Shown here: one piece after another, positions 52,731 to 64,000 of the stretch
How the letters are laid out: each line of letters starts with the position of its first letter
Numbering within the stretch: position 1 is the first letter of the stretch
Assembly (NCBI GenBank): GCA_052426225.1
Contig: JBNJNM010000013.1
Location: forward strand, 1,054,001 to 1,118,000
Source of the DNA: Zancudomyces culisetae HAW-14-8
Taxonomy: Eukaryota; Fungi; Kickxellomycota
Reading direction: 5' to 3'
Length of the DNA: 64,000 nt
Notes under the pieces: model-generated
What the model was told of the DNA's origin: nothing
The model's input: only the letters and a program-made list of their open reading frames with translations
Databases searched by the model: none
Made by a program: the position numbers and the translations under genes

Positions 52731-54300
52731 CTTTTCGTCGTATCGCTGCTTACTCGCTATTTAGAATTCCTTTGAATCTAAAAAACAATAATTCTAATTT
52801 ACGTGGTTTAAATAAATGCTCAACTAGAGTTCCTATTTGTGAGAATTGCCAATTCGAAAATGTAATAGATCTCGCTTTTCCAACACTTCAGTATTCAAAG
52901 CAATGTGTAATATCGTCAAACAATTTAGAAAAAAACACCATGGTCATTGGTGGGTTTTTATTCAACATTCATAACTCTTTGTTCTCCTATTTACACATCT
53001 TTAATTCGTTTGTACCACCCCATTGGTTAAATATTTCAACCACCTTTGGGATTTATCATGTTTAATAGTGGGAAAGGTTACTATAAAAGATGAACCGTGG
53101 TGGAAAAGAGCATAAAAGTCACGGTCACACAGGGTTAACGCGTAGCTAAAGAATCTTTATCAAGGTAAAAGCTTTATCATTGAGACCCACTATGATATAC
53201 AGCCAAAGCAGAAAGCCCAGTACTGGGTTGTACACCACTTTTATCTTTTTGACTTTCATTTACTGAAAGTACACCCTTCCACCACTCTCCCCTTACCAGT
53301 GTTGGTTCAGTTGCCAAAAGTCAGGTTATATCGTGTATACAGCTCACTTTTCGAAGAATAGCATCCTTAACTACTAGAACTTTTCTAAATCTTGTTCCGA
53401 TGCCCAAGTATTGGATTTCAAAATTGGGTGACCACCAGTCTAATTTCTTGGCCCAAGATCCCCCCCAGTCTATTATTTGACGACGCAAAGTACGAGCCTA
53501 ATATACCCAATCCCTCAGTACTTGTTAGATATAGTTTTGATTTCTAGTAAGTGTTGTAGGGTCGATTTTTATTTCAACTTGATAGGTCAAATACAACGAC
53601 CTACAACAGTCTTGTGTGTATTTGGGATGCTCCTTACCACAAATTTACAAGGGTATACAACTAATTTCAAGTTGGCAAAAAAAAAAAGAGTTTCTAACAG
53701 GACCGGAAAGACTATCTTATATTTTTTTTCAATAATATTGTTTAGATGGTGATAAAAATAGCACCACATGCTCAATTTATCCAACAGAATGGCCATCAAC
53801 TCTTAAAGGATGGAGAAATCATTCTCTCGCAGCTTTATAGCCAAATTATCATGAGTATATATATATATATATAGTAAACAAACAACAATAGAGAGAATGA
53901 TGTGCGGGCCAAAGTAATTAATTTTACACTACTAATAGGCCATTCTATCCATTTAACCTGACCTCTATACAAATGCATTTTTTGAGTTTGTCATCAACAT
54001 ACAATTTTTGGCAACTTTTGTCCTTTTAACTTTAGGCTAACAAAGCCAACAAATATAATAAAGGCATTTACAAACGGATCAGCCCAAGCTCTACATATTT
54101 TTTTTCTTTAACAATTATTTTGAATAACATTAAATATTAAAATATTAAATCACAATATAGTGAGAAAAAGTTCATATTACCTCAAGTTAATGAAATATAC
54201 TTCAACTTACAAACATTTTTTGTTTTTTCTTTATAAAAGTTATTATACAATTCATAGTTAAAGCAAAATAATATAGAAAAATCGAGAAAGTAGATATTAA

Positions 54301-56892
54301 ATGACAAAGTGCGCAATTATTAAGCTTATTCTAACAATTCTATGCGGAATATGTATAACCGCAATCGCTAAAGAAATAGATGTCCCCTTGGGAACATATT
54401 ACAAGGGTGAAATCAAGCCAGGAGAGTATGTATCTCTCAACATTATAGTTCCTGATGAAGCGAGGGGAATAACCACCCTAAGAACAGACAAAGATGAAAT
54501 GATGAGTATTGAGGATTTCGAAACAATTGCTGATCAATCCACATTAACATACACCTATGATTCTACTCAAACGGTGAATGGCAAGTCATTAGCACAACAA
54601 ATTTACTCTGTGGCGCCCATACCCACTGGAAATGCGTTATCCAGCGACAACGACGCGCTTTTAGACTTGTTACGAGGTAGGAGTTAGCTTTTTTATAACA
54701 TACTTTTAAATGTATACCAGCTCTTATTCAATTTTACCAAAGGGAAAATCACGGCATAATATTACAATAAATCGTATATAATATTGACATTAGGACCGGA
54801 ATGCGAAAATAATTACGTTTTTAACCACGATATTCTACAAAGAGCGTTTCCTAATATGAACATAAAGTATATAAAAAACGGTCTATATGTAAGGCTTGAG
54901 ATATGTAAAATGCCTTTAAAACCAAAAGAGATCGAGCCATCACTAGCGAAATCGCTAGAACTTCGCCTTGAGTTTTCTAATGTAGATTCGGATTCAGGAA
55001 CAATAATGTCGAAGTATTTTAATTTGAGCTCGAGAAACACCTACCCATTCCCAAATGGTTTACTGGAGCTTGAGATGCTAATGGATGGCTACAATAAATA
55101 CAATGCAATAATAACTGCTCCGGAAGATAAAGAGAGAAATGAAGACACATACACATTTCAGTTTTTGGCTATAACGCATGAACAATACATAGAGTCGATA
55201 AGATACAGGTTCAGCCTCAATCAAAATGTAATTGCTGCCACAGATATAAATTCGGTTGTGATTAGGTTTTACGACGCTGTTGGGATATCTACAAATAAAA
55301 CTAGTCTATATATAAGACCATACATGTCGAATTACCTAGAACGTTCGACATGTGCAGTCGAGAGAATGGCAACAAAGGTGCTTTTAAACCACAATTCGAT
55401 GGTATTCTCCTCAAATACTTTTGATTTTATGACATCAAATCTCGGGTTTTTTCTCAATGTTGTAGGAGTGGACTTAACTGGAGGAATATTCAATAGAACT
55501 ATAAATGTTATTAAGGAGTGTATACGGGGAAATGAATATCTCAGCAAATTCAATGTAACCTTTATACACACAGTTGGGCTCGAAAAAGCTACATCCTACC
55601 AACTAATGAGTGTCACACCTAGTATTGTAAACAATAAGTTTAAGGAGGTACAGTTTTCAAGAGAATTTAAAACCAGTGTAGGAGACCAGTGTAGAGTTGT
55701 ATATAAAGTTCCAGGCTGTGGCGATTTGGTAAACACTGCGCCATGTCCTCTACACCTAAGAAGTACTTATCCTGCGTTCGACAGGCCTATTACATCCAGC
55801 CAAACTCTCGACTTTAGCAAAGCAATTCAACTTTCTCTCTTTTATTCAACAGACGTGTTAAAATATCAGGACAAGCTTCTAGATGCATTGGCAAGTGCGA
55901 ATTGCGAAAATAGAATCTATTCTTCAATTGCAACATGCGATGACTGTGAAAAGGATTATAATAATTGGTTATGTGCAGTAAACATACCAGTGTGTATGGA
56001 TGTGGAAACTACCTATTTTAGTCAGGAAGGACTGGGATGGCTTAAAGATTCGGGGAACATATTCTATAATAGCCTCAATGTGGCACTTGACACGATAGAT
56101 GTAAAGCCAGTCGGAAATACAACAAATAAAAGTCAAAGAGCTGATATGGCTTTACCAAGTCTTAACGAAAAGGTAAACGAAAATATTGTGGGGTCTCAAA
56201 AAAAAAGAGCTGATGTACTCGTAGCAAACATTAAAGACAGAATAAACAAAGATACAGTAGCGTTTCAAAAAGCAACTAGCATGGGCTTAGAGAATCCATC
56301 TGTTTGTGTAGGAACATCATGTTCATTTAACTTTACAGGAGAATACTACAACTTTTTGAAGCCATGTATTGAGGTGTGCTACCGTGTTACAAAGGCATGC
56401 CCACCATATCTGGGTTTCAGGTGTCCTACAACAAAGTATTTCAATACGCTGACATCATCATATGGCTTTGATCTGTATATAGGATCGGATACTACTTATT
56501 ATTCTGTTAATATGGGACCTCCGCTTAAAAGAGCAAAGGCAATGTCTGGTGCTAGTCGTGGAACCAACATTACCACCTTTTTGGATATATTTCAAAAGGA
56601 AGCAACCGCCTACATGCTGAAAAATGGCATGGATCCCTCTGACAGCAAGTACGCCCCTATTATGAATAAAAAAGCCTTGCTAACAATATTCAGAATATCA
56701 GACTTTAAAGTTTCAATACAGGGTTCTGGTACTTGTAACCACCCTACCTATATTAAAAAACTGGATCACGACAATTTTACCTCTGCCGTCCCTGTTCAGC
56801 CAAAAAGCAGCTTTCTCACGTTCTTGGGCATGTTAGCCTTAACATTGGTGTTGGCATATATCATTAAGATTGTATTTTATATTCCCGAATAA
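54301..56892 (+). CDS. MID1: Mid1, Cys-rich regulatory subunit of the Cch1 Ca2+ channel; intron 54677-54793
   Basis: Signal peptide. QCRVVYKVPGCGDLVNTAP, YSSIATCDDCEKDYNNWLCAVNIPVC and YNFLKPCIEVCYRVTKACPPYLGFRCP form the Mid1 Cys-rich domain. Hydrophobic C-terminus. Confidence 0.88.
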
Positions 56893-57648
56893 GCGATAGG
56901 GTATCGTTGGTTATATACCACATATGAATATGTTCTCACTTTGACTATTGACTTTTTCACACACTTATACACGATGATTCTTTTTTTATGTCTTGGATAA
57001 GTATTAGATTTTGAGGGAATCTGTAAAAAATAAATATAAGAAAATCACTCGGAAGTGGGCTTGAGATATGTTCAGGGCTCATTATTAAATGTGTTGATTT
57101 CTAAGCGAGAGTAGCTTGCTAAAATTCGACCAATTAATTCTGAGTACTAAGTGTGCTGCTAACTAGCTTCTTTTTATTTATCAGAACTATCTTTTCAGCG
57201 CATATCGTCCCTTTTGATAAATACTTATTATTGGAGGTAGAGAGTCTAACATGAAGTTTTATTTTGTATATCTTATTCAGACAATGTGTTCCTGGAGACA
57301 TTAAACTAGGTGAATACAAAAAAAAACAGGTTGAGGAAAGATCAAACCTGTCTGTGTGGCAATATTAACAACAGTAAAATATTAAACGCTTTATAAAAAG
57401 CACATGGGTTTTTTATGTATGTAATTTGGTAAGTTTATAGAGGTTAGTTATATTACTAACCTGTATGTCTACCTTTATTTTGGTTTTGGATATTAGTTTT
57501 CTCGAAAAAAAAATTTTGCCAATAGAAAAAAATCGATTTTACATTTTATTTTTTTTCGAAAAATTTTTATAGATTTTACAATTACACACGATCAAAGAAA
57601 AAAGAACTTTAGTAGAAAAATCATAGAGGAGGGAAACACGCGTTTAAA

Positions 57649-59993
57649 ATGGTTGAAGGAAACAAAAGAAAAAGAGAGAGCAATGAGGTAAGTTTTGGCT
57701 AACTGCGAGGGGTATAGTCTCATTGTTAACCATTCAGCTTTATGCAAAACTGCGTTTGTGCAAAAGTTGACTATTTCTACATAACTTTTGTGAAAAAACG
57801 GTATATATCAACTAATGACATATCTGCAATCTTAGTTTGAAGATACTCAAGAATCGCTCAAAAGAATCAAAAAATTGGAAACAGGAATAAATGTGAATGG
57901 AAAAAACATTAACAATATTGCTGATCTGCTTAATTGGGAGGTAAGAATGTGCTGTTTTTGTATTATTGCTACTATTGTTACTTTTTTGCCTCTATATATT
58001 TACAAATATTGGTAGAATTCAAATATTTTTTTCAAATAAGTCAGATTTCTTATATTGATGGTGAAATACAATTAGACCGAGTCAAATGAAATAAAATTTG
58101 CGATAATCAACTCTCTAGGGAGAGTGTTTGGTGAGCTTTTGGACAATGACAAGATAAAAAGCCCTGATATGAAGGTTGATTTGGATGAAGTTGATCAAAA
58201 TAGTGTTATTACCGATGAAAACGAACAAAAAGCAGTATTGAGTGCATGGATAGTCAAAACTTACAAAGAATTCATCAAGAACCTACTTTCGAATTTCGAA
58301 GGACGAGACATCGCATTAAAGGTTTGTGCCAATACTTACATAATAATTATATTAACCTTCAAGTGGGTTATATTTCAGTAAAATAAGCACCTAAAGCTCA
58401 ACATTTGGTTTTCGAAACAAATAGATTGGCTCACTAAGAATTTTAATGAGTTTGGTAAAGAAGGAAGGTGCATTTTTGTGCCGTAGAAGCAAGATTTATA
58501 CATTCCCCAAGAGTCTTTTTGAAAAAATCGTTGAAAAATTGATACAAGAACCCAGTCTCGAGGATGAGGTAATCCGAGTGTTTGTTGATTCATACATTAA
58601 CCAATACCCAGATTTGAAATTTTTTGGACTACAAAGCATAGCGTAAGGAGCTTTTATTTTTATTTTTATATTATTCTTTCTATAATTTTTATGATTTAAA
58701 AGGGTGGTGCGCTAGAGAATGGAAGAAAGGCTGGTACTGATCATCAACTTGTGATATTATTACCAATAGATCCATCGTTTCAATAGACTACGATCCTATA
58801 AAAAAGAAATCAGTGGAATCAACAGGAAAAAACAGTGACCTTAGTAAGAAATACGAAGATATAGCACAGCGTACATTTGAAGTGCTGAAAAACATCAAAG
58901 GTATCGGAAAGACTGAAGAGATAGGCAAGCTATTTTGGATAGCTGCACCCGAAAAATCCGAAAAAAAAGCTGGAGTTTTCAAATCACATTCACACAGAAG
59001 AATGTTTAGTGAGGCGTGGTTGTCCCTTATGCGCATACCATTGCCAGTAGAGCTTTACAAGATGATCTTAATGGTTATGCACAGACGCATATTGCCCGGA
59101 ATGCACGATCCATGCTTACTTATGGACTTTTTAACTGAATCTTATGACTCGGGCGGCCCTGTGAGTCTTTTGGCATTAAATGGCTTATTCACTTTGATTA
59201 CTGAGTACAACCTTACCTATCCAGAGTTCTATACCAAACTATATGCTATGTTTGATAAAAATCTTTTGCAAGTGAAATATAGATCCCGCTTCTTCCGGTT
59301 AGCTGATACATTTTTGTCTTCATCTCACCTTCCTTCGTACTTGGTTGCTGCATTTATAAAGAGATTGAGTAGAATATCTCTTACCGCCTCGCCCTCCGCT
59401 TTAGTCATTGTCGCTCCGTTTATTTACAACCTACTTAAACGCCACCCCACATGTATGATACTCATTCATCGTGCTGATAGCGAAGACTCTCCGTCTTCGT
59501 TGGAAAAGGACCCCTATGACTTTAACGAACCCGATCCTGCCAAATCAAACGCGCTTGAAAGCTCCCTATGGGAAATCTTGGTAAGTATCTGACCTGTTTT
59601 TCTCTCACTCAAGTACTTTTATCATAAACATAAACATACTTAATTTTTATATTGTGTATTTTTATACGCTATAGCCAATTCAAAACCACTATTACTCCAA
59701 CATCTCCATTATGGCAAGCATTTTCAACGAACCATTTAAAAGCTCTGAGTATTTATTGGAGGATTTCTTGGATCACACATACTCTACTGTAAGTTTTTCT
59801 CTGTATTTCAAAGATAAACATTTAGCAGCTTTATAGGAAAAACTGTATAAAAATATTTGTATTCATTGATTTATAGATGATTTCTGCTGAAACCGCAAAA
59901 CAGATAAAGAAGCAGCCAGCTCTCTCGGACCCCGCTCCTACATCATTTTTTAGATCTGGTGAAGTTCTTGGTGATATTTTTTCCCTTGATTAG
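57649..59993 (+). CDS. NOC4: Nucleolar complex protein 4 (CBF/Mak21 family), multi-exon
   Basis: LMDFLTESYDSGGPVSLLALNGLFTLITEYNLTYPEFYTKLY, KYRSRFFRLADTFLSSSHLPSYLVAAFIKRLSR, DPYDFNEPDPAKSNALESSLWEI, LEDFLDHTY; stop TAG at 59991-59993. Confidence 0.95.
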
Positions 59994-60670
59994 GTCAATT
60001 TATTTCCCAAGATGCTTTATTTATATTTATATTTATATTTTAATAGTATCTATTTTAATTCAAATTAGTTGTATATACCATTTATTGTCAGTTGTAACGC
60101 TCTTATCCACTGTGCTACTTAATTACCAATCTATAAAGTACTACTGACTACCCTCTTAAAACAAACATTTACTGCGCTCCTGCCCAGTTCTTGCTAGATG
60201 CCCGACCTCGGGCTGTAGTTCCCCCAACCACCCTTTTCCTTCTTTTCTATGTATTCAAAGTGGTTTTATGCTATTTAGTCTATGTTATATATATTGACTA
60301 TGGATGCTTGGATAAGTAATACCACATCTTGCAAGCTATAAAATCTAAATTTGTTACAACACCAATTCAGTCTTCGGACACATTTCTGATCGATTTTTTT
60401 TAACTTTGGCCAGGGTTTTGTTGCATAAAGGTAGACTTGGCCAATCAATTGATAATTTTTGTTTACTTTTAAATTAATTGCCATAAAAAAAAGTGAAGAA
60501 ATTGCACTTTCAAGCAACCCACAATTATATTTTGTTTAAGGTTTTACAATTACAGTAATATATAAACTCTATTCTCAAGTGGAGGGGAGAAAAAAAATAA
60601 GTCTAAAAAGCTCTGTAATCGTCACCTAGTAACTATAATGTAATATACACACCAATTCATTCAATCAAAG

Positions 60671-63600
60671 ATGGACGATCAAATAAAAGTGCTGGTAAGA
60701 ATAAAACCACTAAACAATGAAGACAAAAATGAGAAAAGCAGGAATATATGGGAAATTGGTGAAAACACAATAACCCAAAAATACATCTCTGGTGATCGGA
60801 GTATGGTTGGTTTCAGCTACACCTTCGATCGGGTTTACGATCAAGACACTCAAACAAGAGTACTGTATGAAAACTCTATTCGAACGGTGGTCGGATCTTG
60901 TATAGACGGGGTAAATGGTACCATTTTTGCCTACGGCCAGACCTCTAGTGGGAAAACTTTTACAATGTATGGGAATCAATTTGAAGCCGGAATAGTACCG
61001 AAAGCCGTAAAAGAGGTTTTTGAGCGTATTAATGGTGTTTCGAATAGACAGTTTTTGATAAAGGTGTCTTATCTAGAAATCTATAACGAAGTGATTAGCG
61101 ACCTGCTTGATAATACGAAAAAAAATCTTCGAATAACTGAAACCACAAACAGGGATATCAAAGTAAAAGATTTGACAGAAAAGGTGGTGGAGAATGTAAA
61201 TGATGTTACACAGATTCTTCAAATAGGAGAGCGTAACAAAAGCATTGGTTACACTGATATGAACGAAAAAAGCAGTCGGTCCCACACAATATTTAGACTT
61301 GTAATTGAGAGTGTGGAGAGGCCAAACGAAATCACTACCAGATCGAAAAGACTATCAACCGCTGGTAGTAATAGTAACAATGATGGTGGTCGACTCGCAG
61401 GGTTGGTAAGAACAAGCACTCTGAGTCTAATTGATTTAGCAGGCTCAGAACGAGTAGGCCACACAGGTGCGGAGGGAATCAGACTTAAAGAAGGAGGGCA
61501 CATAAATAAGAGTCTTTTGGCACTGGGGACGGTGATTGCCAGACTTGGTGAAGGGGGAGGGTCTGAGAAAATGCATATTCCCTATAGGGATTCCAAACTT
61601 ACGCGAATATTACAACCTTCATTGGGTGGAAATTCACAAACCATTATTATTTGTACGGTCACTCTTGCAGAGGAATTTTTTGATGAAACACATTCAACAC
61701 TCAAATTTGCGAGTAGAGCAAAGTTGGTGAGTAATAAAACACAAATAAATGAGGAGATACGAGGGGACGATATATTCAGTACATATACGCTTGAAATTGA
61801 GCAACTTAAAAACATGGTTACCGAGCTCAAAAGCAAGTATGCTCATGAGCAAGAGGATAATATAAGTTTGCGGCATAGAATCGACCTTTTGGAAGCGAGG
61901 AGAGAAAAAGATATTAGTGAGGTTCAAAGGAAAGTGGAACAATATGAGCTTATAGTTAACGAACTTAAAAATAAGATGTCATTCGAGGCTGAGGAGCATG
62001 CAAAGCTATTTTCTAGTAAGATTAAGGAGGTTGAGCAGGAAAGTAACAAGGTGGCCGCCACATATATCAAAAAGATCCAGGACCAGCAGGATGAGATTTC
62101 TTTGAAGAACACCATGATAAGTCGGCTTGAAGGTCAAAGCAAATTGGATATAGTGTGTATAGAACGAAAAAATAAAATAATTAGTGATCATGAACAAAAG
62201 GCTGAAACAGATGCCAAGCGTACTATAGAGTATGTGAACAAAATAACAGAGCTTGAAGCTGTATATAGGCGTGTATTGTGTCTTGTACAGAGTAAAGTTG
62301 ATCATTTAGATTATAAGCTTCTCAGCTTGGATGACAAATGGGCAATGGCCGAAAAAAAGATTTGTAATAGTAGCCAGATTATACAAGAGTTGAAGATGGA
62401 AAACAAGCGTTTGTGTTCAGATATCGCGTTGAAAAATGTTAAGATATGCGAACTTGATGCTCTGAATTTGTCGCTGGTGAATGATAATGAAAAACTAGTA
62501 ACAATACATACCAGTGTGCTAGAAGAACTGAATAGACAAAAAGAACTAATTGCAACAATTGAGCATGAGCATCAAGCTAAGACTGTCGAGCTTAGCAACG
62601 AGCTACTGAATGTAAGGGATGAAAAAGACAACAAAGTAGCCGAGCTTGAACAGAAATTAGCCGATACCTATAAGGCGCATAAACATGACATATCAGAGTT
62701 AGTCAAAAGACATGCAATTCAAGAACAGAGTGGTGTAGAGAAAGCTAGCGAACTTGAAACGCAAAACAAAACCCACTTGGACCTCATTAGTACTTTGCAA
62801 GCAGAACTAGAAAAATATAACCAGGAGAAAGAGAGGAGAATAGAGGAGAAAAACAGTGAATTGGCTAATGACCGAGTAAAATTTGAAGCTGAAATATCTG
62901 AACTATGTACCATCAACGAAAAGTTGAAAAGTGAGAGAGACGAACAAATGGAAAGGGTAAAAGAACTACAGCGCGAAATTATCGATCATCACAACATAAG
63001 TGAGAGCGAAGTCGTCAACCTAAAAAGTGCCAACGAGACGTTGAGGGAAAAAAATAGTGAATTGATTCAGGAGATGAAAATAAAAGCTCAAGAAGAGGAT
63101 AGCAAGCTTAAAGAGATGGAGGCACAGCTTCAAACTAGAATTCAGGACTATGACTCTAAACTTGCCGAGCTGAGAAATACCAATGAAAGTCTGATCTCGG
63201 CGAAGAATGCAAAAATAGAGGAAATCGAAAAGACAAAACAGAGTCATCTTTCCAGAGTGGAGCAGCTGAATCTTGAGATAGACACTGGTAAGAAACTTTT
63301 GCAAAAGCTTGAGGAAGATTTGACATGCACCAAAGCCTCGCTTGATGGTGCAGTTCTGGAAGCAAAAGAGTTGGCGGGCAAAGTAAATGTGCTGCAAAAA
63401 ACTTTGGATGACAGAGACTCGATCGTTCTTGACATGGACAAAAAAATCAAAGAGTACCAAAGAAACGATGTTGAGGTTAAACAAATCGTAGAAACAGCCA
63501 AAAAGCAAATGGAGGACTTGGTAGATCTTAAAAATCAAGAGCTAAAAGAGTTACAGGTGGCCTTTAGCAGTGTACAATCAGAAAAAGACAACGAGCTCGC

Positions 63601-64000
63601 TTGCTTACACGCTAATATCGCTGATTTGAAAAAAGAGCTGGAGCAAGCACATACAGAAGTAATGAGGCTCCAGGGGGAAATAAGCAAAGTACACAATAAT
63701 ATGGAGCAAAAGTTATTCGAGGCATCGCAACTACATCAAAATGAGATGGATTCGCTGCGTCAACCGAGCAAAGATCACCACACTGCCAATGCTGATGAAC
63801 ACAATCGGGTAATTGAGTTATATTCTTTGGATCTGTTTGACGCTCATTCTAAGCTGAAAAATGCTTATCGGCAAGCAGAAATAAACGCTAAACTGTCCAC
63901 CTCTTCAAACCAGAATGACCACAAGCTGCAAAAACTCTATTCGCTTGCTGAGCCTGGGTCTGATTTTCTACATTCCTTGCAAAGTTTGACCAACACAATT
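60671..64000 (+). CDS. Kinesin-7 / CENP-E-like motor with long coiled coil (runs off window)
   Basis: MDDQIKVLVRIKPL; P-loop GTIFAYGQTSSGKTFTM; switch I MNEKSSRSHTIFR; switch II LIDLAGSERVGHTGAEGIRLKEGGHINKSLLALGTVI; HIPYRDSKLTRILQPSLGGNS. No stop is evident before the window end. Confidence 0.9.
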   Translation, partial: MDDQIKVLVRIKPLNNEDKNEKSRNIWEIGENTITQKYISGDRSMVGFSYTFDRVYDQDTQTRVLYENSIRTVVGSCIDGVNGTIFAYGQTSSGKTFTMYGNQFEAGIVPKAVKEVFERINGVSNRQFLIKVSYLEIYNEVISDLLDNTKKNLRITETTNRDIKVKDLTEKVVENVNDVTQILQIGERNKSIGYTDMNEKSSRSHTIFRLVIESVERPNEITTRSKRLSTAGSNSNNDGGRLAGLVRTSTLSLIDLAGSERVGHTGAEGIRLKEGGHINKSLLALGTVIARLGEGGGSEKMHIPYRDSKLTRILQPSLGGNSQTIIICTVTLAEEFFDETHSTLKFASRAKLVSNKTQINEEIRGDDIFSTYTLEIEQLKNMVTELKSKYAHEQEDNISLRHRIDLLEARREKDISEVQRKVEQYELIVNELKNKMSFEAEEHAKLFSSKIKEVEQESNKVAATYIKKIQDQQDEISLKNTMISRLEGQSKLDIVCIERKNKIISDHEQKAETDAKRTIEYVNKITELEAVYRRVLCLVQSKVDHLDYKLLSLDDKWAMAEKKICNSSQIIQELKMENKRLCSDIALKNVKICELDALNLSLVNDNEKLVTIHTSVLEELNRQKELIATIEHEHQAKTVELSNELLNVRDEKDNKVAELEQKLADTYKAHKHDISELVKRHAIQEQSGVEKASELETQNKTHLDLISTLQAELEKYNQEKERRIEEKNSELANDRVKFEAEISELCTINEKLKSERDEQMERVKELQREIIDHHNISESEVVNLKSANETLREKNSELIQEMKIKAQEEDSKLKEMEAQLQTRIQDYDSKLAELRNTNESLISAKNAKIEEIEKTKQSHLSRVEQLNLEIDTGKKLLQKLEEDLTCTKASLDGAVLEAKELAGKVNVLQKTLDDRDSIVLDMDKKIKEYQRNDVEVKQIVETAKKQMEDLVDLKNQELKELQVAFSSVQSEKDNELACLHANIADLKKELEQAHTEVMRLQGEISKVHNNMEQKLFEASQLHQNEMDSLRQPSKDHHTANADEHNRVIELYSLDLFDAHSKLKNAYRQAEINAKLSTSSNQNDHKLQKLYSLAEPGSDFLHSLQSLTNTI

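Noticed and set aside
57638-57643. ACGCGT (MCB-like) site upstream of NOC4
   Set aside because: A single copy only 5 bp before the ATG; insufficient support.

Overview
AT-rich, intron-containing fungal genomic DNA. From gene content and style it looks like an early-diverging fungus, possibly Zoopagomycota/Harpellales-like; this is inference only. I can support 19 protein-coding genes: NUF2 (partial), HAT1, clathrin light chain, NDUFA13/GRIM-19, SIP5, CDC37, a large RhoGAP, a BRF-family (BRF2-like) TFIIIB factor, a membrane-anchored ATF6/CREB3-like bZIP, RSM24/mS35, AAR2, two tandem intronless APC/CAT-type amino-acid permeases, a CLC anion transporter, SMC3, an uncharacterised membrane-anchored protein, MID1, NOC4 and a CENP-E-like kinesin-7 (partial). 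No tRNA, rRNA, snRNA, CRISPR array or recognisable mobile element was seen. The most notable observations are: (1) the CLC protein has coordinated substitutions at the central Ser, central Tyr and proton Glu, predicting non-canonical anion transport; (2) a BRF2-like Pol III factor; (3) an ATF6-like TM-anchored bZIP; (4) gene-conversion mosaicism between the tandem permeases; (5) a coding overlap between CLC and SMC3; (6) a sawtooth G/C strand skew that appears to shape protein composition. Exon boundaries were read by eye and are approximate unless stated.
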